A stretch of DNA of 64,000 nucleotides from Bacillota bacterium (lineage in GTDB: Bacteria > Bacillota > Ch66 > Ch109): positions 1,504,001 to 1,568,000 of the forward strand of contig JBMNLH010000001.1 in the NCBI GenBank assembly GCA_050952625.1, given 5' to 3'. This document shows, one piece after another, positions 1-10,664 of the stretch; position 1 is the first letter of the stretch; the number at the start of each line of letters is the position of its first letter. A program made the translations under genes and the position numbers. The notes beneath the pieces are model-generated. The model was not told the origin of the DNA. It searched no databases and was given only the letters and a program-made list of their open reading frames with translations.

Positions 1-88
1 ATATAATTGAAGAATGCCATCTCTTGTAACCAACAGTTATTAAGACTCGCTATATTTTCTAATTAGCAACTAAGGTAGGAGGCCAAAA

Positions 89-907
89 ATGCTCAGCTCG
101 GCTAAACTCAATTCAATCGTTTCTTTAATTACCAGCTTTAACAGCGTGCTGGTAGCTTTGTCCGGGGGAGTGGACAGTTCGGTGCTCCTGAAGCTGGCCG
201 TTAACTGCCTGGGGCCAGCTAAGGTGCTGGCTGTCACCATCCGTTCCGAAATCACTACCCCCGAAGAGCTAGCCATGGCGGCCCGCATTGCGCAAATCTG
301 CCAGGTCAACCACGAAGTTCTGACTGTGGCTGATCTGTTGGTGCCCGAATTCGCGGCAAACTCCCCGGAACGCTGCTACTACTGTAAGCTCAACCGTTTC
401 TGTCTGTTACAAGAGCTAGCCAGCAGCCGGGGCTATCAGGTTGTCGTGGATGGTTCCAACTGGTCCGACCAAGCCGACTACCGCCCGGGAATGCGAGCCT
501 TAAATGAGTTGGGCATCCGCAGTCCTTTGAGGGAATGTGGCTTCACCAAGGAGGATATCCGTCAATTGGCCAAGAGCTTTGGTCTCCCCAACTGGCAGCA
601 ACCCGCTAATGCCTGCCTGGCCTCCCGTTTTCCCTATGGAACACCTATTGCCGCGGAAGCTCTCGCTCAAGTGGCCAAAGGTGAAAGACTGCTGCTCTCC
701 CTCGGCCTCACTCAGTGCCGGCTCCGGCATCATGGCCCGATCGCCAGGATTGAGGTGGTTCCTGGAGAATTCCCGCTTATTCTGGATCCAGCTCACCGGG
801 AAGCAATCATAACCGGGCTTAAGCAGCTCGGCTATACCTATGTAACCCTTGATCTTCAAGGATACCGCACTGGGAGTCTTAACGAGGTTGTTTCCGTGTC
901 CCGGTGA
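89..907 (+). CDS. larE: ATP-dependent sulfur transferase LarE (PP-loop family)
   Basis: SGGVDS PP-loop, RCYYCK, DYRPG and ACLASRFPYG motifs; SD AGGAGG upstream. Confidence 0.9.
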   Translation: MLSSAKLNSIVSLITSFNSVLVALSGGVDSSVLLKLAVNCLGPAKVLAVTIRSEITTPEELAMAARIAQICQVNHEVLTVADLLVPEFAANSPERCYYCKLNRFCLLQELASSRGYQVVVDGSNWSDQADYRPGMRALNELGIRSPLRECGFTKEDIRQLAKSFGLPNWQQPANACLASRFPYGTPIAAEALAQVAKGERLLLSLGLTQCRLRHHGPIARIEVVPGEFPLILDPAHREAIITGLKQLGYTYVTLDLQGYRTGSLNEVVSVSR

Positions 908-1130
908 TTATTTTTTGAATGGCTTCAGTTATTTCAGCAGCAGTGCCACCAGCAAGCATGAATTTACCGTTGACCAAAACGATTGGGTAGGAATGGCCCT
1001 GGTTAATCAACTTTTCAACGTTAGGGTAGGTTCCATAAGATTTGAAATCTGTATCAATATAGCTAAGCTCGACCGTATCTGGATAGCGTTTTTGTAATTC
1101 CTTAGAGAACTCAGTTAATGCCTGCTCCAT
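879..1130 (-). CDS. Small thioredoxin-like fold protein (DUF1462/YuzD-like), no CxxC
   Basis: ATG 1 nt after the addA stop with AGAAGGA SD; VELSYID...YPIVLVNG pattern. Confidence 0.55.
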   Translation of the reverse strand: MEQALTEFSKELQKRYPDTVELSYIDTDFKSYGTYPNVEKLINQGHSYPIVLVNGKFMLAGGTAAEITEAIQKIITGTRKQPR

Positions 1131-1131
1131 T

Positions 1132-4100
1132 TTAGTTGATCCTTCTGGCTGCCCCAATGGATAAAAAGTAGAGGTATTTTTCTTTGACCGGACGCCGGAA
1201 AATAGACTCCACGGCCTGAGTATAGAGGCTCATTTGACCTTGATAACGTCTAACTAGCTCGTATAATTTATCGCTTTGACCAAAACCCAGCCAATCGGTC
1301 TTGTAATCGACTAACAGGAAACCATCTTCCTCCTCCGCCAGGCAGTCAATCACCCCTTGGATGATCACGCGCTCCTCACTACCGGCCGGCAGTTCCGGGT
1401 ACAGCTGATCCGCTGCCACTGCCAGGCTAAAGGGTAATTCGCGCAGGACCTGCCGGGCCTGAAGGATCCGCTGCCCTAAATTGCTGGCCCAAAATCTAGC
1501 AATCGCGTACGTGTCAACTGCTTCTGCCTGCTCGGGCGTCAGTATTTCCTTTTCTTGCAAAACCATGACTTGTCGCTTAATTCCTTTCCGATCCAGGGAG
1601 CCCCGCAAGTCAAGATGCTGCAGCACAAGATGCATGGCACTGCCCCGTTCGGCAGCGGTTAAGCCTCTTGCTTGCTGAACAAAACGAGGCTGGTCCGTGA
1701 AGCTCGTCCTTCTTGGCTGAAAAGGCACGCCGAGCCAGACGGGATTGTCATCGGCCGAGATCACTAAGTTCGTTTGTCCAGACTGAAAAAGGGAGGGTTC
1801 CCCGGCCTGATTAGCTTGATGTTCCGCCAACGCAGTTTTAGTGGCAGGGAGAGCTATACCGCTATCGCCTGCTGGTTTAGCTTGATCCGCCAGCGAAGTT
1901 TCAGTGGCAGAGAAAGCTTTACTGCTATCGCCTGCCGGTTTAGCTTGATCCGCCAGCGAAGAAGGGAGGAAAACTTCAAACGATTCCTCAGACAGTTCCC
2001 CAACCGTTTCCTCTGGCCCGGCACCAATAAAAGACTTGATTTCAGTGACCGATAGTTTAGCCCTTTTTCCGACAGCCGTTTGCCAGGGATACTGCCAGGC
2101 TAAACGCCGGTCAATCTCCGCTGCCATCTCGCTGGCGGGTAGGGGCTGCCCCTGCCTGACTAATTTCAGTAAATCTACGTCCTCTTTATCCTGAATCGCC
2201 GGACCGTGAATCGCCTCGGCCCGACCGAGCAGGCGCAAGCTGAATTGAGCAGCGGTAGGGCTGGTATTAGTTAAGAGTGTCTGATTCCCACTGGTGTTCT
2301 GGTCAGCCCCCAGACAGTCATTCTGGCTGATATCCCCGTCAGATGGTTCTGGCGTAAGATAACCATTGGGGTTTCTGGAAGCCTGATTCCCATCCGTCTT
2401 TCCGTCAGCCCCCGGACAACCGGTTGTAGCCCAGAGCGGTTGCCCCTGCGGATGCCGGGCCAAAGCTGGTCCCAGCCAATCCAGGTAACACCGGGCCTGG
2501 GCTAATTCAGGATCCGGCAGAGTTGGCCCGGCGATTTGAGCCGTCTGACACCAGGCCTTGATTTTCCGCGTTAGCCGCGACCCGGTGCCCACCAGGCAAA
2601 GCTTATCCCGCGCCCGGGTCATGGCTACGTATAACAACCGCATTTCTTCCGCCAGGGTTTCTAGTCTAATCTGTTGCGCCAAAGCCAGCTTGGCGAGAGT
2701 CGGGTACTTGATCAACCGTTTATAATCCACTAACTGGGGGCCAATCCCTAATTGTTTATGGGTGAGCAAAACGCCTTTCAGGTCATTCAGATTAAACTGG
2801 CGGCCCAGACCAGCCACGAATACCACTGGGAACTCTAAGCCTTTACTCTTATGAATGCTCATGATCCGCACGACATCTTCATTTTCACTCAGGGTCCGGG
2901 CCGAGCCCAGATCCTCCCCTTTTTCCCGCAACCGTTCGACAAAACGGAGGAAGTGGAACAGACCGCGAAAGGTGGTAGCTTCGTATTTGCCGGCCCAGGT
3001 TTGCAAGAGCCGCAGGTTGGCCTGACGTTGGGCTCCGCCGGGCATCCCGGCCACATAGTCGTAGTAGTCAGTCTTGTGCACGATTTCCCACAGCAAGGTG
3101 GTCAGCCGTTCGCGCCGGGCGATTGTCCGCCATTCCTCCAAGCGGGCTAAAAAAGCCTGAAGTTTCTCGGCCGTGGCTCCGCTCAGGTTAGCCGCAGCCG
3201 CCACGGTGGCCTCATAAAAGCCGCCTTCGCGATGGCTGGCCCTGATTTGGGCTAACTCGTCGGCGTTAAGGCCTACCAGTGGTGATCGGAGCACGGCAAC
3301 TAAAGGAATGTCTTGCCGGGGGTTATCAATGATTTGCAGGAGAGACAGGATGGTCTCCACCTCTCCGGCCGCAAAGTACCCGGTGCCCAGTTCGGCATAG
3401 AGCGGGATCCCCTGACGCCTGAATTCTTCCAGATAGACATTGGCCACTCCCCGGGTTGCCCGCATCAGGATCGCCACATCTCGAAAGGTGACCGGCCGGT
3501 GTTCTTCTGCTTTCGGATCCCAGATCAAGTCTCCCTGCTCTACCAGACGGCTGATTTGCCGGGCAATTACCCGCGCCTCCAAATCGGCTGTTTCCAACTG
3601 TTCTTCCGCTTCCAGTTGGGTCTGGGCCGCTGTTTCTTCAGCTACTCCCTCATTCTCCTCAGCTAATTCGTCAAACTCGTTCTCGGTATTCATTCCCAAG
3701 CTGGTGGTACGCTCAATTTCTCCGAGTTCTCTAAATTCTCTAGATTCTCTAGATTTACCAAAACCTTTAGATCCTTTATCTTCTCCGAATTCTCCAGGTT
3801 TTAAAGCTTCTAAGGATTTTCCAACTTCCTTGATTTCAGGGACATTTGCCAGGTTATCATCTTCCCGCTCGATCAGGAAAACATCTACGACCGGTGAGAG
3901 TGAAGTCCCACCCGCCGGCACCGGGGGGACCGCCAGGCCGCAGACCAATTCCGCTGCTTGGTCATAGGCCAGTTCCCCCACCTCAGGGGTCATGATCTGT
4001 CGAAAAAAGAAATTAACCCCATCCACAATCGCCTGGCTGCTGCGGAAATTCTCCCGCAGGTTGATTCGCCTTTCTCTCTGGCCTTGCTCGACGGAAAACT

Positions 4101-5487
4101 GTTGGTATTTTGTTAAAAACAAACCGGGGTCCGCCAGCCGAAACCGGTAAATGCTCTGTTTGACGTCGCCGACCATAAACAGGTTAGGCTGTGGGGACCG
4201 TTGCCGGGAAACCAGTTGCAAAATGGCTTCCTGAACCGCATTAATATCCTGGTATTCATCAACCAGGATCTCAACAAACCGGGCCTGCAGTTCCTCAGCC
4301 ACCGGGGAGGGTTTCAGTTCCCCAGGTGAAGCTCCCTCCTGGAGCAGAATCTGTAGGCAGTAGTGTTCTAAATCGTTAAAATCAACAATTCCCCGTTTGT
4401 TTTTCGCTTGACGGAAATTTTCGCCGAACTCCAAAACGAGCTGCACCAGGGTCCGCATCAATGGAGCAACCTGCTGCAAATCATTTAACTGCTCAGCCGG
4501 ACTCTGGGTGAAGTAGGTTTTTTGCAGACTGACAATCTGGTTTTTAACCTTATCTCGCAGGTTTTTGACCTGTTCCTGAATGACCGGGTCAATCGCATCC
4601 TTCTTCCGAATAGGCTTCAACCGGCCAAACTGAACCCCTTGGAAGCGTTGGGACAGTTTCTCCCACGTCCCGGAGCAAGCGGTCAACAGCCCTTGAACCA
4701 GATCCAAGTCAGCGTAAAGGTTATCTAGATAGGCCAGGGGGGCCTGCGGCCGGGCACAAAGATCAATGGCCTGGGCTAAACTCTGGCGGCACCCGGTCAG
4801 GTGTAAAGCGATATTCTGCTTAAGCTTGGCGCACCAGGCAAAATCATCCAAAGTCCCCTGTTCGGCCATGGCCAATTGGTCAGCGGCTTGCTGCAGCCAC
4901 TGCTTAGGCCAGGGGGTGCTGCGGGCAAACCGGTACAGATTTAGAATCAGCTCAATTAATCCCGCGTCATCGCGTTCGCCTCCGTAGCAATCAACCAGGG
5001 TCAGAAAAGCCTCGTTGTTAGTTTCATTGTTATCGCCCTGATATTTTGCTTCCAGCAGATCCTCCAGCACCTCTAACTGCAGCAGCCCGGCTTCGCCGTC
5101 ATCAGCCACCCGAAAACCGGGATCCAGATCCAGCCGGTAAAAATGCTGGCGCAGGACTTCCAGACAAAAAGAATGCAGCGTGGCAATCGAGGCGTGATTC
5201 AACAGGGTCAACTGCCGGCGCAGGTGCCGGTCCGTGGGATTGGCGTTTAATTCCCGCGTCAGCTCACGGCCAATCTTTTCCCGCATTTGCGCGGCCGCGG
5301 CGTTGGTGAAGGTGACAACCAGCAACCGATCAACATCAATCGGGTTTTCCCGATCTTTGAGGTAACTAATAATCCGTTCCACCAGGACCGAGGTTTTCCC
5401 GGCCCCGGCTGCAGCGGCAACTAACAGGTTACCGCCCCGGGCGTGAATCGCCTCTTGTTGCTGGGGGGTCCACCGCTCCTTACTCAC
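1132..5487 (-). CDS. addA: Helicase-exonuclease AddAB subunit AddA, with low-complexity insertions
   Basis: AAAGAGKT, TFTNAAA, VDEYQD, VGDVKQSIYRFR, SIHKSKGLEF and C-terminal nuclease QGVID...VDYKTD; paired with addB. Confidence 0.97.
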   Translation of the reverse strand: MSKERWTPQQQEAIHARGGNLLVAAAAGAGKTSVLVERIISYLKDRENPIDVDRLLVVTFTNAAAAQMREKIGRELTRELNANPTDRHLRRQLTLLNHASIATLHSFCLEVLRQHFYRLDLDPGFRVADDGEAGLLQLEVLEDLLEAKYQGDNNETNNEAFLTLVDCYGGERDDAGLIELILNLYRFARSTPWPKQWLQQAADQLAMAEQGTLDDFAWCAKLKQNIALHLTGCRQSLAQAIDLCARPQAPLAYLDNLYADLDLVQGLLTACSGTWEKLSQRFQGVQFGRLKPIRKKDAIDPVIQEQVKNLRDKVKNQIVSLQKTYFTQSPAEQLNDLQQVAPLMRTLVQLVLEFGENFRQAKNKRGIVDFNDLEHYCLQILLQEGASPGELKPSPVAEELQARFVEILVDEYQDINAVQEAILQLVSRQRSPQPNLFMVGDVKQSIYRFRLADPGLFLTKYQQFSVEQGQRERRINLRENFRSSQAIVDGVNFFFRQIMTPEVGELAYDQAAELVCGLAVPPVPAGGTSLSPVVDVFLIEREDDNLANVPEIKEVGKSLEALKPGEFGEDKGSKGFGKSRESREFRELGEIERTTSLGMNTENEFDELAEENEGVAEETAAQTQLEAEEQLETADLEARVIARQISRLVEQGDLIWDPKAEEHRPVTFRDVAILMRATRGVANVYLEEFRRQGIPLYAELGTGYFAAGEVETILSLLQIIDNPRQDIPLVAVLRSPLVGLNADELAQIRASHREGGFYEATVAAAANLSGATAEKLQAFLARLEEWRTIARRERLTTLLWEIVHKTDYYDYVAGMPGGAQRQANLRLLQTWAGKYEATTFRGLFHFLRFVERLREKGEDLGSARTLSENEDVVRIMSIHKSKGLEFPVVFVAGLGRQFNLNDLKGVLLTHKQLGIGPQLVDYKRLIKYPTLAKLALAQQIRLETLAEEMRLLYVAMTRARDKLCLVGTGSRLTRKIKAWCQTAQIAGPTLPDPELAQARCYLDWLGPALARHPQGQPLWATTGCPGADGKTDGNQASRNPNGYLTPEPSDGDISQNDCLGADQNTSGNQTLLTNTSPTAAQFSLRLLGRAEAIHGPAIQDKEDVDLLKLVRQGQPLPASEMAAEIDRRLAWQYPWQTAVGKRAKLSVTEIKSFIGAGPEETVGELSEESFEVFLPSSLADQAKPAGDSSKAFSATETSLADQAKPAGDSGIALPATKTALAEHQANQAGEPSLFQSGQTNLVISADDNPVWLGVPFQPRRTSFTDQPRFVQQARGLTAAERGSAMHLVLQHLDLRGSLDRKGIKRQVMVLQEKEILTPEQAEAVDTYAIARFWASNLGQRILQARQVLRELPFSLAVAADQLYPELPAGSEERVIIQGVIDCLAEEEDGFLLVDYKTDWLGFGQSDKLYELVRRYQGQMSLYTQAVESIFRRPVKEKYLYFLSIGAARRIN
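1800..1961. repeat. 63-bp tandem repeat (~2.5 copies) inside addA
   Basis: gctatcgcctgcyggtttagcttgatccgccagcgaag at 1861 and 1924; encodes SLADQAKPAGDS twice. Confidence 0.9.
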
Positions 5488-8400
5488 GACTGATCACCTT
5501 CCTTGCCAAGCTGCTCCCATAATTCCTTATCTGTCAGGTCACGCAGGTTGCGATAGCGGTTGCCGATTAGCGGATCAAACTGACAGATCGGCCGGAATCG
5601 GCAATAGGTACATGCTCGCTGTTTTTTAAGCTGATAGGGTTCCAGGGCCACCTCACCAGTCAGGATCGCTCGCCCTGCCTCCAACAAGGCCCGGCGCAGG
5701 TGCTGCCGCAGGAGTTTAAACTGTTCCCGGCTAATGACCGCTGAACGGCCGGTGAAGTTACCATCTTTTTTGAACCCCACCGGAATAAGGTCCGAGTTCC
5801 CGGTCAAACCCCGCTCCATCAGTTCGATTAGTTCCCGATCCCCGAGTACCAGGCCTTTGAGCTTATAACTCTGTCTGATCTTACGGGCAATCTCTTCTGG
5901 CGGCAGCGGGCCCTTAGCGTTAATCACCGGGTTTTTTAAGCCAAAGTAGAGGATCCCGCCTGGGAGAACCTCCTCCCCGTCGGCTAATTGGTTGTTGGCT
6001 TTATGGTTGTAAGCTATTTGGCTGTTGACTAATTGGTTGTTGGCTAATTGACCGTTAGCTAACCGGTTATCGAATAGCCGCCCGGCATTGGTTAAGGCTA
6101 CTTCTAAATACGTTAATAACTGCAGGTTCAACCCATAGTAAATTTCCGCCAGATTGAGCCGGGCAGCCCCGGACTTGTAATCAATGACCCGGACAAAACT
6201 CCCGGCAGCTGAGCGGGCCAGATCAAGCCGGTCAATGCGCCCAATCAGTTGCAACCGGGCTGCCTTCGGGCTAACCTGGTCCGCGTCCGTCGGTCGAGGA
6301 ATAACCAACTCTACTGGCGGCAATTCATCGGGGTAACCAAAGCCCAGTTCCAATTTGATAGGCCGAAAACTGCCGCAACGGGTCTGCTCCAGCAGGGCCC
6401 AAGCGGAATGGAGGACGATTTCCCGCAGTTTATGAATTAAATACCGCTGCCGCTGGGAGCCCAGCATTATTTCGTTCTTTAGCTGGGGTACCAGCTGTTC
6501 AATAATCTCCTCAATGATTGGCTGGCAGTCGGCCAGAGTTAGCGCGGTCCAATCCAGGCCGGTTGACAGCAGACGTTCCACAAAGTTTTTGAGAGCAGCG
6601 TGAAAGAATTGACCCAGATCCAGGGGCTGCAGCTTGGCGGTCTCTCTTTCGCGGACCGCCAGACCATACCGAACAAAATGAGCAAAAGGACAGGCCCGGA
6701 ATTGCTCGATGCGGGTCACACTCACCCGCAGGCGGGTGCCATAGAGTCCCACCCGAGTTGCGGGCTGCAGGCTGGTTTCTTGATTCTGGTGGAACAGGCC
6801 CCCGACCACAATGGCTGATGCGGGTCGGGCATGGCTGAGAGCCCAATTATAAACATCCCGCCATATGGGGCGAAGTTCTTGGCCGGTCTTCACCTCCCGC
6901 AGTTGACTGGTCAGGTAGGTAAAGGCGCGGATCGGGTGGGCGATAAAGCTGAGTTCATCACCGACCCCTGGTTCCAGTGGACAAACCGTTTCTTCAAGGT
7001 CAGGCAAAATTTCTTTCAACTCTTTGATCAGGGTGGAGGGAGTCAGGGCATTTCCTTCTTGATCTGCCAGGGAGTAACTCAACCATAAGTACTCACTGGC
7101 TCGGGTCAACCCCAGGTAAATCAGATACTGCTCATCAAAGAGGCTGCGTTGGTCTGTTGGGGCCAATTTCAGGCCGCTATTTAACAGGAGTTCGCGTTCT
7201 TGATCCGACAGCAGTCCCTGACTGGTAATTCTGGCAGGCAGGATTCCGTCATTGATCCCCAGCAAAAAGTTGGCCCGGACCCGGGGATTGCGTGATCGAT
7301 CCAGGGTCCCCACAAACACTTGATCCAACCCGGGCGGGATTAGGCCCAACCGGAGGTTTTCCAGCCCGGCTTCCAGCACCTTTAGATAATCTTCCACGGG
7401 CAGCTCTTGCTCCCCCAAGGCTTCCACTATTTCATCCAGGAGCAGGATAACCTGATTATAGAGCTGGGCATATTCCCGGGACCGGTCTAATCGGCCCGCG
7501 GCTTGGGCTTCCGTAGCCCAGACTTCCATTTTTTCCTTAACCCCCAAGTCAGTCAACAGTTGATAAAGAGCCAGGCTGATTTCCCGGACTGTCGAGCTTT
7601 CCTGAATCGCGGCACTAAAGCTCGCTAGTTCCCGCACCGCCGCTTCCTTGATCCGGTTAATCTCGGCTAGTTCCTCCACCTGTTTGGCTGAGGGCTCCCG
7701 GTCATCCCCGATTGAGTAATAACGGCGATAAGTCCAGGGTTGACCGTCAGTCCAGCGGGTTCCCCGGATACCATGGGCTAAAACGTAGTTTTCTAGGAGG
7801 TCCACTTCTTCCCGCGTTACCGAGATAAAATCAGTTTTTAGATAGCGGAAGACCGAGTCGTAAGCCCATCTGGTTCCCACCACCTCCAGGGCTGAGCGAA
7901 TCAGCTCTACCAACGGGTGATGCCGCACCGGTCGTTTATAGTCAATAAAGCAGGGGATGCCGTAATCGGCAAACACGCGATCCACAAGTTCGTCATAGAG
8001 GGTCAGATCCCGGGTCAGCACGGAAATATCCCGCCACCGATAACCCTGGTCGCGGGCTAAAGCAACAATCTCTCGGGCAACCCCCTCGATTTCAGCCCGG
8101 CGGTTATGGGCAGCGACCAGTTTGATGCCGGAGGCAACTCCCGCAAACGGTGGTCGAGGCCTGGTGAAGAAATGCTGTTCGAGATGTCTTAAAACCGGGT
8201 TGTTGGCGAAACGGCAGGCTGAAGTTTGGCATGCTTCCTTCGATGTCGGTTCAAAAACACAGGGGTCTTCAACCGTGACCCCGGCTTCCTGAGCCATTTC
8301 TAAGAGAGTATCGTAGGTTTGGTGAGTCCGGTAAAAGAGTTCTTGTTCATCCAAAGGCTGGCCTAGAATTGTCGGATCAAGACACAAAGCGACATTGACC

Positions 8401-9077
8401 CGGGCACTCACCGTTAACAGTTTGCTCAGCACCCGGTATTCCTGGGGGGTAAAGCCGCTGAAACCATCTACCCACACTTCGCTCCCCAAGCAGGTAGAAG
8501 AATAGGCCAGACGATCGGCCAATAGATTAAGGTAATCCTCGGGATCAGTAAAGCGTCCGGCCAGAAATTGTTCTAGATCAAGGTACAACAAGGCTAAGTC
8601 TTCTAGTTTATTACGTAACAAATTATTCTTAGCCCCGATGAACGCAGCCGCGCTAGTCAATTGGGCCGGGGTCAGGCAGTACATTTTCATTTCGGCAATT
8701 ACCCGGGCCAAGCTGTCCGAGAAATTGGGTTGTCGCGCCGCGCGGTAAAAAACCTTTAAATCATCCCGCCGCTGTTCTAATAAATTGCGCAGGACCATCC
8801 GCTTGCCGATTTCCCGCAGGTGTGGACGGGCCGCACCCCCGGCTTCCTGCAGCACCTTCCAGGCTAACCGGCGAAAACTGTAGACATGAGCACGCATTGT
8901 CCCATTCAGACCAGGCCAGGCTGCTAGTGCCGCTTCCATCTGAAAAGTACCTTGCTCCGGCACCAGGAGAATGATGCTCGAACCTTGGGGCCTTGCCTGC
9001 AATTCCTCAGCAATTTGGGCAAGGCAATAAGTAGTCTTTCCTGTCCCCGCCCGACCTAGAATAAAGCGCAAACTCAA
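5484..9077 (-). CDS. addB: Helicase-exonuclease AddAB subunit AddB
   Basis: GRAGTGKT, VPEQ, CPFAHF, GRIDRLD, IDYKSG and C-terminal Fe-S cysteines CTYCRFRPIC; TTG start at 9077 with GGGGGTGA SD. Confidence 0.96.
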   Translation of the reverse strand: MSLRFILGRAGTGKTTYCLAQIAEELQARPQGSSIILLVPEQGTFQMEAALAAWPGLNGTMRAHVYSFRRLAWKVLQEAGGAARPHLREIGKRMVLRNLLEQRRDDLKVFYRAARQPNFSDSLARVIAEMKMYCLTPAQLTSAAAFIGAKNNLLRNKLEDLALLYLDLEQFLAGRFTDPEDYLNLLADRLAYSSTCLGSEVWVDGFSGFTPQEYRVLSKLLTVSARVNVALCLDPTILGQPLDEQELFYRTHQTYDTLLEMAQEAGVTVEDPCVFEPTSKEACQTSACRFANNPVLRHLEQHFFTRPRPPFAGVASGIKLVAAHNRRAEIEGVAREIVALARDQGYRWRDISVLTRDLTLYDELVDRVFADYGIPCFIDYKRPVRHHPLVELIRSALEVVGTRWAYDSVFRYLKTDFISVTREEVDLLENYVLAHGIRGTRWTDGQPWTYRRYYSIGDDREPSAKQVEELAEINRIKEAAVRELASFSAAIQESSTVREISLALYQLLTDLGVKEKMEVWATEAQAAGRLDRSREYAQLYNQVILLLDEIVEALGEQELPVEDYLKVLEAGLENLRLGLIPPGLDQVFVGTLDRSRNPRVRANFLLGINDGILPARITSQGLLSDQERELLLNSGLKLAPTDQRSLFDEQYLIYLGLTRASEYLWLSYSLADQEGNALTPSTLIKELKEILPDLEETVCPLEPGVGDELSFIAHPIRAFTYLTSQLREVKTGQELRPIWRDVYNWALSHARPASAIVVGGLFHQNQETSLQPATRVGLYGTRLRVSVTRIEQFRACPFAHFVRYGLAVRERETAKLQPLDLGQFFHAALKNFVERLLSTGLDWTALTLADCQPIIEEIIEQLVPQLKNEIMLGSQRQRYLIHKLREIVLHSAWALLEQTRCGSFRPIKLELGFGYPDELPPVELVIPRPTDADQVSPKAARLQLIGRIDRLDLARSAAGSFVRVIDYKSGAARLNLAEIYYGLNLQLLTYLEVALTNAGRLFDNRLANGQLANNQLVNSQIAYNHKANNQLADGEEVLPGGILYFGLKNPVINAKGPLPPEEIARKIRQSYKLKGLVLGDRELIELMERGLTGNSDLIPVGFKKDGNFTGRSAVISREQFKLLRQHLRRALLEAGRAILTGEVALEPYQLKKQRACTYCRFRPICQFDPLIGNRYRNLRDLTDKELWEQLGKEGDQS
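5982..6071. repeat. 15-bp degenerate tandem repeat (6 units) inside addB
   Basis: ggctaattggttgtt-like units; encodes NRLANGQLANNQLVNSQIAYNHKANNQLAD. Confidence 0.85.
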
Positions 9078-9512
9078 GCGATCACCCCCCGCTACAAAAT
9101 AAACAAAGCGGGCCAAAAAATCTGGCCATCTTAATTATCATTTAAAATGAGTTATTACTATAATGCTTCGCTCAATGGTGGTCGATTTCCTCCCCGTCAG
9201 TTCGCTCCTTTTACCGTTGTTTTATGAATAATCATGACCGAGTCTAACCATAAGTTAATTTTTTCTGAGAAAAAGCTCTTTAGTTTAATTTATATGTAAA
9301 ATAATGGTAGCTCAGTTAAGAAAAGATTTGAGTTTCATCTTAAAATTGTAGTACACTTTTGTTATTGTTTTTCATCCTTTTCTCTAAATAAGTGACACGC
9401 AAAACATTAAGGGTTCGGTAGTAGTGTTATTATTGTTGAGCAGACAAGCAAAAACAAAGTAATTAATCTATTTAAGAAATAGTTCTACATATTATTTTAG
9501 GAGGGCTCCATA

Positions 9513-10575
9513 ATGCGTCTATTGCCAGTCGAAGAATTAAAACCGGGGATGAAGGTGGCTCGAAACATATTCGGAAACGACTTGTGTTTATTGTTAAGTG
9601 CCGGGGTTACCCTTACCCCATCTTTAATCGCTCGACTCAAAGAACTTGAATTTAACGGGATTTATATTCAGGACGATATTGTTGGTCAGATTGAAGTGCA
9701 AGATTTATTAAGCGAGAAAATAAAGGCTGAATCGATTAGTGTTATCCGTCAAACATTTGAAAAGGCAAAGCTAGGATCGAAAATTGACATTCGTCGGATC
9801 GCTAGTATTACAAATTCTATTCTGGATGAGGTGCTATCATGTTCTAATTTATTAGTTTCCATTGTGGATATGAGAAATAAAAGCTCTTATCATTTATCAC
9901 ATTCAATCTCTGTCTGTACTTTATCATTACTGACCGGGATTGCGCTAGGATACGACCAGTTAAAATTATTCCAGCTAGGGCTAGGAGCTTTTTTGCACGA
10001 TCTCGGTAAAAGCAGAATTGATCCAGCATTAATGATTAAACAACCACCTCATACCTCAAAAGAAGCGGCAATCATTCAGAGTCACTGTACAGAAGGCTTC
10101 GAGATTCTGCGGAGAATTCCCGAGTTAAATATTTTGTCGGCGCATATAGCTTTTCAACATCATGAACGCTTTGATGGAACCGGCTATCCGAGAGGAATCA
10201 AAGGGAACGAAATCCATCCTTTTGCCGCAATTGTTGCCGTGGCTAATGCCTACGATCTTGCTGGTTTCCCCGCCTCAAGGAACTGGCTTGTTCCCGGCTA
10301 AGGCTTTAGAAAAAATCCTGTCAGAGCGAAGTCGCGCCTTTGATCCAGAAATTGCCCTAGTCTTTGCCCACCAGGTATCTCCTTATCCGATCGGATGCAA
10401 TATTCGACTAAGTACCGGGGAAAATGCAATCGTTATCTCCACTCAAAAAAACTACCCCACCCGGCCAATCGTCAAGCTAATTACTGACCAACACGGTAAG
10501 GTTAGAACTAAATCGTTCCCCGAAATCGACCTTAGTCAGCACGAGGATATCAAAATTATTGAAGTATATACTTAG
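9513..10575 (+). pseudogene. HD-GYP domain protein, frameshifted at ~10257 (pseudogene or sequencing error)
   Basis: LHDLGK and HHERFDGTGYP in ORF 9513-10301; the continuation LLVS...FDP...YPIG..RLSTGE...RPIV is in another frame; removing one base after GAT restores the frame. Confidence 0.8.
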
Positions 10576-10664
10576 GCAGATCCTGACGGAGACTCGATCG
10601 AAATAGCTTCGGAGGTTCCTTGATTTAACTACCCCAATATTTGTTTATAAAATTTATAATTAAA

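Noticed and set aside
1481-7088. Plus-strand ORFs antisense to addAB, and similar shadow ORFs across the window
   Set aside because: Overlap well-supported genes, lack SDs and show no family motifs
9390-9420. c-di-GMP-I riboswitch upstream of the HD-GYP gene
   Set aside because: Only ACGCAAAAC...AGGG is present; no GGCAAA/GAAA stem or downstream GCCAG
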